Both the position numbers and the translations under genes were made by a program. 59,876 nt of DNA from the NCBI GenBank assembly GCA_964456305.1, contig CAYWAT010000001.1:23001-82876 (forward strand). The letters run 5' to 3'. Below the pieces are notes generated by a model. That model searched no databases, was not told the DNA's origin, and was given only the letters and a program-made list of their open reading frames with translations. Source of the stretch: an uncultured Polyangiales bacterium (GTDB lineage Bacteria; Myxococcota_A; Polyangia; Polyangiales; CAYWAT01). Numbering within the stretch: position 1 is the first letter of the stretch; each line of letters opens with the position of its first letter. Positions 17,235 to 25,349 of this stretch are shown one piece after another.

Positions 17235-20200
17235 ATGGTGTTGCCTATGGAGAGAGATGCGTTCGCGCAAAAGCCTCACGATGTTCAACAGAAAGAGGCT
17301 ATGCAAGGCCGCTTAGGTTTTGCACAAGGAGTCGAAGAAGACCTCGAAAATTCTTCGAGCATAGCTGTTATCGGCATTGGTTGTCGTTATCCCGGTGCCA
17401 GTAATCCCAAGCAACTTTGGGAAAACATTCTTGCTCGGCGTCAGCAGTTTCGACAAATGCCTGATTGTCGTCTGCCTCTATCTGAGTATCACCATCCTGA
17501 CCCTAAACATCCTGAGAAAATCTATAGCACGCGCGCTGCCGTGATGGATGGTTTTCACTTTGATTGGGCGACACGACGCATCCCTAAATCAACCTATGAG
17601 CACGCCGATATCGCTCACTGGCTTGCTCTCGATGTCGCCTTAGATACGCTCGACGATAGCGGTATACAGCAAGCGCTTCTTCCACGCGATAAAACAGCGG
17701 TGTTTCTGGGAAATACCCTGACAGGCGAGCAGTTTCGTTCCATTTCAATGCGCCAGCGATGGCCCTTTGTCGAGAAGGCTGTGCGCACTGGATTTCGGAG
17801 CCAAGGATTAACGGGCTCTTCCTTCGATGCTGCCATTGAAGCGACTGCCGAAGCCTTTTTATCGGTTTTCCCCGAAACAGACGAAGATACCTTAGCAGGT
17901 CTGCTTTCTAACACCATTGCCGGGCGTATTTGCAACTACCTCGATCTCCAAGGTGGAGGCTATGTGGTGGATGGTGCTTGCGCCTCGTCGCTGCTTGCCG
18001 TGATTAATGCCTGCGAGCGACTTTCGTTGGGTGAAGTGGACATCGCGTTTGCGGGCGGTGTGGATATCAGTCTCGATACCTTTGAGTTGATCGGCTTTGC
18101 CAAAGCTGGCGCCTTAACGCCTGATATCATGCGTGTTTACGATGAGCGCGCCAATGGCTTCATCCCCGGTGAAGGCTGTGGTTTTGTGTTGCTCAAGCGC
18201 TTTCAAGATGCCTTGCGTGATAACGATTACGTATACGCATTGCTGCGGGGTTGGGGCGTTTCCTCTGATGGCAAGGGCGGTATTACCGCGCCTGCGAGTT
18301 ATGGTCAGTCTCTAGCCCTTGAGCGTGCGTATATCAAAGCGGGTTATTCGCCGCAGTCGCTCAACTTTATCGAAGGTCATGGTACCGGGACACGTGTGGG
18401 CGACAAAGCGGAGCTCAAAGGCATTCAACTTGTTCTCGATCGTTTTAATGGAAAGCAAAATCTAGATTCTAATCAAGAACAAGAACGCCATGTTGGGGTA
18501 ACCTCCTTCAAGTCTTTGGTCGGACACACCAAGGCAGCGGCGGGCATCGGTGGCCTTATTAAAGCGATTTCTGCGGTCAATCGACGTGTGGTTCCACCCA
18601 CTGCAGGCTGTGCTTCTCCCAGTCCCGTTTTTAGTAACGAAACTCCTTCTCTTTATCCTGTATTAGAAGGGGTTGTTCATCCTCCTGAAGCGACGCTTCG
18701 TGCAGGGGTTTCTGCCATGGGTTTTGGCGGTATCAATGCTCATATTACCCTGCAGTCTGCTCGTTCGCCGGCAGCGCGTTTGTGTCCTGATATCGACGAG
18801 CAATGTCTTCTTGCCTCGGCGCAAGACAGTGAAGTCTTTGTGCTGGGTGCTGCAACATGGCCTCTGCTTATCGATGCATTGGGTGCTCTTCGCAGTCGTG
18901 TGGAAGGCTTGAGCTTGGCTGAGCTGATTGATCTCAGTGCGCATCTTGTTCGCACCTATGAGCCTTCTGTGTGTACTGTGGCTCTCGTAAGTGATAGTCC
19001 AGCAGCTCTGGTTGATGCCATCGATGCGCTCTGTCAGCAGTTACTGGATGCGCCGCCTTGTTGTGAGCAGCATCGTCCCTTTGCCTTTTGGCATTCTCAC
19101 GATCGCAAGCAGTGGGCTTGTGAGCGACCTGATGTGCACTCTGCTGCGCGTATTGCCTTTGTGTTTCCAGGCCAAGGAAGCCAAGCGCTTAACTGCGCTC
19201 GCATTTTGGTGAAGCGTTATGTCTGGGCAAAAAGACTTGTTGAGCAAGCGGATGCTTGGATCGCTGAAGTGGGCGGTTCTCCTATTGCTTCTTGCCTTTA
19301 TCCACCAGCTCTGGGTGAGTTAGGCGATTCACAATCGCAGGAGCATGCGGCGCGTTTACAGGGTCCTGCCTATGCGCAAAACGCCATCGTGCTGAGCGCG
19401 CTTTTATGGACGCGTTATCTGCGTTCTGAGTTGGGCGTGGAGCCTGTTATCACTGCTGGACATAGCTTAGGCGAGCTGGTGGCTTTGTATGTTGCGGGGG
19501 CCTTGGATGAAAAAGCACTGGTTCAGCTCACTGCGATTCGCAGTCAGTACATGGCCGCCTGTGGTGAGGGGGCGATGGCTGGTTTTGGTTGTGATGCTGA
19601 GACCGCAGAGTCTCTGCTTGCCTATAGCGATGCCTATGCTGTGGTAGCCAATCGCAATAGTCCCCGGCAAACTGTGCTTTCCGGACAGTTCGCGGCTATC
19701 GATCAATTGCTCGAAGTTGCCAAAGAGAAGGGCATCGCGGCGCGTAGGCTTGCAGTTACAGGCGGCTTTCATTCGCATTTGGTGGAGTCCGCTGGCAAAG
19801 CCTTAGCAGCAGATGCGCGCGTCGCGGCAGAAGCAAAACTCTCGTTGCCTCTGGCCAGCAGTATCGCGACAGTAGGCAAACTGAAGGGCGATATCGATGT
19901 GCGGGCGCATGTGGGCAAGCAGGTCGCGGCTCCCGTCGATTTTATTGCCGCCACTGAAGTGCTTGCCGAAGACAGCGATGTGATCCTCGAATTGGGGCCC
20001 GGCCAGGTCTTGTCGCGACTCATCGGCGATACTCTTGCCGGTCGTGAACAGTCTCCCTTGTGCATGCCTATCGAACCCACCGCGGGCCAAGGGTGGGCGC
20101 ATGCTCAGCTTCTCGCAGCCCTTTCTATATGCGGTCATGCCTCTGCGTTGGATAAAAGCTTTGGCGCGCGTTTGCATCGACCTTTTGTCGATGTGGCTGA

Positions 20201-23200
20201 ACGACGTTTCATTGAAAGTCCTTGTGAACGTCCCATGACGGTGACCCAGGCTCACTTGCAGGCGAACGATGCAACGGCTGGCTCTGCGCAGACTTCCATA
20301 AGCGGTATCTTTGACGACGCCTGGGCCGAGTTGGATCCTCAGACGCGTCAGGCTTATCAAGACGAGCGCGCCACTCTCATCGATCAACTGCAAGGCGTTT
20401 TAGCACGCGATGTACAGCAGTTTATCGGGCAATATCGACGAGATACGCAGGGTGGCATGAGCGCAGCTAAGACATCGCCCCTTTCCTTGGCCTCGTCTTC
20501 GTCTACAGAGGAGCAGATAGACTCGGTATCGGTGGCGGTGCAATCCGCGGATCTCGCGGCCATGCTCTTGCAGCTCGTCGCTGAAAAGACCGGCTTCCCG
20601 CTGGAGTCCCTGTCGATGCAGCAGCGATTGCTAGATGACTTGCGCCTCGATTCGATCAAAGCCGCTGAGTTTATCGTTGAAGCAGCGACTCAGGCATCCG
20701 TGGATACCACCGCTCTCAATCCCATGAATTTTGCCAACGCATCCTTGGACGAAATTCGCGGTGCCCTGCTGGATCTTGCGCCTGAGCATGCGGCCACCGA
20801 TGCTGCCACTCAAGAGACGACAGAGTCATCGATGACCTTTCCGGCAACGCCGTGGACGCGCAACTTTGATCCCATCTGGGAGCCTGAACCTTTAGAGGCT
20901 GATTCCAGTCTCTCCCAGTGGGCTGATACCTCGGTGCTTTTATGTGCCGATGCCTCGTCGACGATGGCTGATGCCCTTGCTGAGGCCCTGGGCGCAGAGG
21001 GAGTGCCCGTCCGTAGATATCGCTGGGGAGATTCGCCAGAGCCTCTTAGCGCAGAGCGTTTCAGTGATGTGATCGCCTTCGTGCCCGCTGATCGCGAGGC
21101 GGAGGGTGAAGTCATGAAGGCGATCGAAGCCTGGGTTGTTCTGTTATGTGAGCTTGCCCAGCTTGCGGGTTCCAAACAGACAACGCCGCTGCGATTGCTC
21201 TGGGTTCAGCAAAGCTCGGCCTGGGCGCCGGAGGGGCGTGTGTGGTCTGCCGATGCCTTTATCTGCAGCCTGGCCTTGGAGCGTCCGCATCTATGTGCGC
21301 GATCGCTGTTAGTACATACCCGTCTGTCTTCTGCTGACTTGCTACGTTGTCTGAGTGCAGAGCGCGCGGCGATGTCTTTGCCCCATGCCTCTGTGATGGA
21401 GCGAGTGTGGTTTGCCCCCGATGAAATGCGTCACGTGTTGCGTTTGTCTTTGAGTCAGCCTGCCTCTTACAAGCCGCGTCGCAATTCTCTCAAGGCGGGT
21501 GATGTCGCTCTGGTCACGGGTGGGGCCAAAGGGATCACCGCCGAATGCGCGTTGGGCTTGGGCCAAGCTCTGGGTCTCAAGATGGTGCTCGTGGGTTCAT
21601 CTCCCGAAGAGAGCGTGACCCAGCAACTTAAACGCTTTGAAGATGCTAATGTCGATGCTCTGTATCTGCAGTGCGATCTCGCAGATCCCGACGCTGTCAA
21701 AGAGCTGGTGGCATCGGTGCGAGAACGCGTGGGTCACATTGATGCCCTCATTCACGGTGCGGGTCTTAACCGTCCTGGTGTTCTGATGGCGCCTAAAGCT
21801 CAGGCGGCTTTAGCTGAGATGGCGCCTAAACTTATGGGTGGGAGCACGCTACTTGCTGCTCTGGATGACGATCCGCCCCAACTGGTGGCGATGTTTAGTT
21901 CGGTCATCGGGGTGATCGGCATGATGGGCAATGCCTGGTATGCTTTTGCGAACGAGTGCTTGGACCTGCAGCTGGGTCAGTTTTTAGCGCGTCATCCCGA
22001 GGTCGAGGGGGTTAGCCTAGGCTATTCCGTTTGGGAAGATGTGGGCATGGGCGTCAATCTGGGGTCACTGGAGACGCTGAAAAAGCTGGGTATTGACACC
22101 GTGCCCGTTAAGGAAGGGGTGCAGCGTTTCCTGCGCTTGCTCAGCCATGACTCCCAGCATCGGCAAGTTGTGATTGGGGGGCGTATGGGAGCGGTTGAGA
22201 CCGGAAAACCCGTCGCGCTGCCTCCGCCTCAACGCAAGCATCAGTTTCTTGAGCGTGTATTGTATGTGCATCCGCAGCTCGAAGCCTTGGTCGAAAGCAC
22301 CCTCGATTTCGAGCGCGATGCCTTTCTGCACGACCATGTTTTTCAGGGAAACTGCTTGATGCCAGCCGTGGTTGTGATGGAGGCGATGGCCCAAACGGTG
22401 GCTTACCTTTTGGGGCGCGATTCGATCACCCCTCTCGAAGTACAAGACCTGGTGTTTATGCAGCCCGTGACTGTGCCTGAAAACGGGCGTCGGACCATTC
22501 GCATTCATGCCATGGTTAAGGAGGTTGAACCGGGGGACCTTCATAAAGAACGCTCGACGAAGGTGGCACTGAACCTGCGCTCAGAAGTGGATCGCTTTGC
22601 CCGTGATTGGGTAAGCGCAACTTTTTCACTTAACGAAAGCAGCACGCCTCTGTTGTCTGACAGCTTTAGCAGCAACGTGTCGTCTCTGGAAAAGAAGGCT
22701 TGGAGTCCTCTCAATCGAGGGCTTTACGGCAGTCTGCTTTTTCATGGCAAGTCTTTTGAGCGCATCGAAAAGGTTTACGAATTAAGCGAACGCAATTGCC
22801 TGTGTCGCATTGCTCAGCGTGCTGATCAGCCCTTTGTGTTGGGCGATCTCTATGCTCGTGATGCCATTCTGCAAAGTATGCTTTTTGTAACCACGCCTCA
22901 GCTTGCCTTGCCCAAAAAGATCAGTGCCTGGCGTATCCATCGTAAGGTCCCTGTGCATCAGAATTCAACTCTCGCGCGGTCTTTAAAAAGCCATGCAAGC
23001 GCCAAAGAGATCGGCATCGAATCCTGTGTGAAAGACGAGCATGGAGCGCTACTGGAAGAGCTGCAGTGGACAGCCGAATCAGCTTCTTCTGTGGTTATTG
23101 ATAAGATGCTGCCAACGCCAGATCAGCTTGAAAGTGGTTGGAGTTATTACGGTCGTGAAATTCATCAGTCCATCGAATCTGTATGCCGAGAAAACAACTT

Positions 23201-23864
23201 TGAATTGCCAGAGTTTTTTGCTCGTTTAGCGCCTGGCATTTCACGTCAGTCCAAGCGTGAAAGACGAGATTCACATCGTGCCTATCTTGAGCGCATTGTG
23301 GGATCAATGGTTGAACTCAAGTGGACGCGGCAAGGTAGACCTACCATTGCTCATCACAGCAATTATAAGTCCATCTCCCTGACGCACGATGAAGACCTTT
23401 GTGTGTACATGCTGGATGCGGAGGCAGAGCATATGGGCTGTGATATTGTGGCTCTGCAAGGCAGAACCGAGAGCGACTGGCAGGCCCTTTTGCCCTATGA
23501 ATCGCATGCCTCTTTGCGCCGCCTTCTCGATGATGGCGCGGGCGCTGATAACGCCGGATCGGTCGTGTGGTCATTGCTCGAAACATTAACCAAATGTGCT
23601 TATGATTCTGCATCGCTTGTTAAAGGCATGAGTCTGGTGAAGCGAGGTTTGAACTGGTGGATTCACGACATTAATGTCGACAAAATTAATCGACGGTTTT
23701 GCTCTGTGAATATTTCGATCAATCGTCGATCCTATGTGCTTTCTTGGTCTGTTCCCCCTCGTGATATGCCAAGACAATCATTGATACGTGCACGGTCGTC
23801 ACGAGCGGAAAACAAGACCGAAGACATGTCTGCAAGTCCATTTCGGCTTGTCGCCAAAAAGTGA
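17235..23864 (+). CDS. iterative type I polyketide synthase with enediyne-PKS (PKSE) domain order KS-AT-ACP-KR-DH-PPTase
   Basis: KS: IAVIGIGCRYPG, active-site Cys in DGACASSL (codon 17979-17981), and the EGHGTGT and GHTKAAAG His motifs. AT: GHSLGE (Ser codon 19464-19466). ACP: DDLRLDSIKAAEF (Ser codon 20652-20654). KR: VTGGAKGIT (21513-21539). DH: HDHVFQGNCLMP (22329-22364). C-terminal Sfp-type PPTase-like motifs: ISLTHDED (23373-) and GCDIV (23436-23450). The N-terminal stretch (QFRQMPDCRLPLSEYHHPDPKHPEKIYSTRAAVMDGFHFD..HWLALD) matches my memory of SgcE/CalE8-type PKSE proteins. There is no TE, ER or MT domain. The start is uncertain (ATG 17235 or 17247); the ORF-track start at 17091 is unlikely. 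Confidence 0.9.
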   Translation: MVLPMERDAFAQKPHDVQQKEAMQGRLGFAQGVEEDLENSSSIAVIGIGCRYPGASNPKQLWENILARRQQFRQMPDCRLPLSEYHHPDPKHPEKIYSTRAAVMDGFHFDWATRRIPKSTYEHADIAHWLALDVALDTLDDSGIQQALLPRDKTAVFLGNTLTGEQFRSISMRQRWPFVEKAVRTGFRSQGLTGSSFDAAIEATAEAFLSVFPETDEDTLAGLLSNTIAGRICNYLDLQGGGYVVDGACASSLLAVINACERLSLGEVDIAFAGGVDISLDTFELIGFAKAGALTPDIMRVYDERANGFIPGEGCGFVLLKRFQDALRDNDYVYALLRGWGVSSDGKGGITAPASYGQSLALERAYIKAGYSPQSLNFIEGHGTGTRVGDKAELKGIQLVLDRFNGKQNLDSNQEQERHVGVTSFKSLVGHTKAAAGIGGLIKAISAVNRRVVPPTAGCASPSPVFSNETPSLYPVLEGVVHPPEATLRAGVSAMGFGGINAHITLQSARSPAARLCPDIDEQCLLASAQDSEVFVLGAATWPLLIDALGALRSRVEGLSLAELIDLSAHLVRTYEPSVCTVALVSDSPAALVDAIDALCQQLLDAPPCCEQHRPFAFWHSHDRKQWACERPDVHSAARIAFVFPGQGSQALNCARILVKRYVWAKRLVEQADAWIAEVGGSPIASCLYPPALGELGDSQSQEHAARLQGPAYAQNAIVLSALLWTRYLRSELGVEPVITAGHSLGELVALYVAGALDEKALVQLTAIRSQYMAACGEGAMAGFGCDAETAESLLAYSDAYAVVANRNSPRQTVLSGQFAAIDQLLEVAKEKGIAARRLAVTGGFHSHLVESAGKALAADARVAAEAKLSLPLASSIATVGKLKGDIDVRAHVGKQVAAPVDFIAATEVLAEDSDVILELGPGQVLSRLIGDTLAGREQSPLCMPIEPTAGQGWAHAQLLAALSICGHASALDKSFGARLHRPFVDVAERRFIESPCERPMTVTQAHLQANDATAGSAQTSISGIFDDAWAELDPQTRQAYQDERATLIDQLQGVLARDVQQFIGQYRRDTQGGMSAAKTSPLSLASSSSTEEQIDSVSVAVQSADLAAMLLQLVAEKTGFPLESLSMQQRLLDDLRLDSIKAAEFIVEAATQASVDTTALNPMNFANASLDEIRGALLDLAPEHAATDAATQETTESSMTFPATPWTRNFDPIWEPEPLEADSSLSQWADTSVLLCADASSTMADALAEALGAEGVPVRRYRWGDSPEPLSAERFSDVIAFVPADREAEGEVMKAIEAWVVLLCELAQLAGSKQTTPLRLLWVQQSSAWAPEGRVWSADAFICSLALERPHLCARSLLVHTRLSSADLLRCLSAERAAMSLPHASVMERVWFAPDEMRHVLRLSLSQPASYKPRRNSLKAGDVALVTGGAKGITAECALGLGQALGLKMVLVGSSPEESVTQQLKRFEDANVDALYLQCDLADPDAVKELVASVRERVGHIDALIHGAGLNRPGVLMAPKAQAALAEMAPKLMGGSTLLAALDDDPPQLVAMFSSVIGVIGMMGNAWYAFANECLDLQLGQFLARHPEVEGVSLGYSVWEDVGMGVNLGSLETLKKLGIDTVPVKEGVQRFLRLLSHDSQHRQVVIGGRMGAVETGKPVALPPPQRKHQFLERVLYVHPQLEALVESTLDFERDAFLHDHVFQGNCLMPAVVVMEAMAQTVAYLLGRDSITPLEVQDLVFMQPVTVPENGRRTIRIHAMVKEVEPGDLHKERSTKVALNLRSEVDRFARDWVSATFSLNESSTPLLSDSFSSNVSSLEKKAWSPLNRGLYGSLLFHGKSFERIEKVYELSERNCLCRIAQRADQPFVLGDLYARDAILQSMLFVTTPQLALPKKISAWRIHRKVPVHQNSTLARSLKSHASAKEIGIESCVKDEHGALLEELQWTAESASSVVIDKMLPTPDQLESGWSYYGREIHQSIESVCRENNFELPEFFARLAPGISRQSKRERRDSHRAYLERIVGSMVELKWTRQGRPTIAHHSNYKSISLTHDEDLCVYMLDAEAEHMGCDIVALQGRTESDWQALLPYESHASLRRLLDDGAGADNAGSVVWSLLETLTKCAYDSASLVKGMSLVKRGLNWWIHDINVDKINRRFCSVNISINRRSYVLSWSVPPRDMPRQSLIRARSSRAENKTEDMSASPFRLVAKK

Positions 23865-23870
23865 GGTTTT

Positions 23871-25349
23871 ATGGAATCAACAAATCCCGATCAGCGTGTC
23901 CCGGTACGGCGTTACTCAGAACCCTTTCGTTCGCGTCGCATCCAGTCTCCTGCCTTTGCGAAGGGGCTGGCTGTTTCTTTTGAGTACCAGAACAAACCCA
24001 TTAAAGGCGTTGGGCAGGACTTGTCGGCTGGTGGTGTGCGGGCAACCTTTCCCACCCATGAACTAAGCAAGGGGGAGACGTTGCGTGTGGGCGAGTCACT
24101 CGATGGTGTGCGGGTGAGTTTCTTCGATCGCGCTGTATTTGAAGGCGATGCCTGTGTGCGTCACGTCAATCACGATCAGCAGGAGTGTTCCATCGGACTG
24201 GAGTTGAATGGGATGAACGTCGCGATTCACTCTATTCAAAGCGACTCGGTGCGTTTGGATCTGCGTTATCGACTCGATCTTTTGCTGCGCGATATGGCAG
24301 AACTAACAGCGCAGGTGGAGAGCGATTTTGAGCAATGGCTCCTTGATAGCAAAGCTGCGCTGAGCAAACTCCGTGACTTTCTCGATCAGGAAGAAAAATC
24401 ATGGGCGCATCTGGATTGGATCACGCGCCATCAGAATGTGAAGATCATTCTTGACGAAGCCGGCAAGAAACTCGTGCCCCTGTTTAACGATTTTCGTGAC
24501 GCGCTTAATTTCCGCGTCGCCAAATTTTCTGAGGCAGAGCACAAAAAATGGCGCCCCATCTTTAGGCAGCATCTTGGCGAATTATTTATGGCCTGTCCTT
24601 TTACGCATCGGGCATTTCATAAACCCATGGGCTACGCGGGTGATTACGAGCTGATGAGCATGCTTTACCGTGCTGAGCCGGAGGGCGATTCCCTCTTTGC
24701 TAAGGTACTGAATATGCACTCCAAGGACGAGCCGGCGGGACGTGCCACCATTAATCGTCTTGAGTACTTGGGTGGTATTTTAAGCGAGCTTGCCACCTCA
24801 ACTGAGGCGCATCCCTTAGAAGTTGCAAGCATCGGTTGTGGAGCTGCACGCGAGCTCGTGCATTTATTGACGCGTAAGCCTGAATTGGGTCCCAAACTGA
24901 AAATCGCTCTGGTGGATCAAGATTCTCGCGCCCTCGATTTGTGTGAGCGCACCCTAACGCCACTGAGTCGCAAAACAGGCGCCCGTTTTAGTTTTATCGG
25001 CGATCCTATCCAAAGCTTGATTCAGGAGAAGAATCTTGGCGATTGCTTAGGAAAAAGGGATCTAATTTATTCCGCAGGCCTGTATGATTACCTAGAGGAC
25101 GATGTTTTCGTGGCGCTCACTCGAGTGCTCTACGATGCACTAAAGCCTGGAGCGAAGCTTGTGATCGGAAATATGGCCAACCATAACCCCACCAAAGAAT
25201 GGATGGCGTATGCCATGGACTGGTATCTGATTCATCGTTCTCCCGATGAGCTCATGGAACTGGGAACGCGCGTTACAAGCGATAGCAGCAAGGTGTTCGT
25301 AGATTCAGAGCCAGAGGGGGTGAACTTGTTTGTGCACCTGCGTCGATGA
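23871..25349 (+). CDS. PilZ domain fused to class I SAM-dependent methyltransferase (possibly PhcB-like)
   Basis: The N-terminal PilZ signatures are QRVPVRR (RxxxR) and, downstream, DLSAGGVRA (D-x-S-x-x-G), ending in a beta-barrel-like CSIGLEL. The C-terminal methyltransferase has motif I LEVASIGCGAARE, the post-I acidic site IALVDQD, motif II DLIYSAGLYDYL and motif III LKPGAKLVIGN. It starts 6 nt after the PKS stop. Confidence 0.8.
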   Translation: MESTNPDQRVPVRRYSEPFRSRRIQSPAFAKGLAVSFEYQNKPIKGVGQDLSAGGVRATFPTHELSKGETLRVGESLDGVRVSFFDRAVFEGDACVRHVNHDQQECSIGLELNGMNVAIHSIQSDSVRLDLRYRLDLLLRDMAELTAQVESDFEQWLLDSKAALSKLRDFLDQEEKSWAHLDWITRHQNVKIILDEAGKKLVPLFNDFRDALNFRVAKFSEAEHKKWRPIFRQHLGELFMACPFTHRAFHKPMGYAGDYELMSMLYRAEPEGDSLFAKVLNMHSKDEPAGRATINRLEYLGGILSELATSTEAHPLEVASIGCGAARELVHLLTRKPELGPKLKIALVDQDSRALDLCERTLTPLSRKTGARFSFIGDPIQSLIQEKNLGDCLGKRDLIYSAGLYDYLEDDVFVALTRVLYDALKPGAKLVIGNMANHNPTKEWMAYAMDWYLIHRSPDELMELGTRVTSDSSKVFVDSEPEGVNLFVHLRR

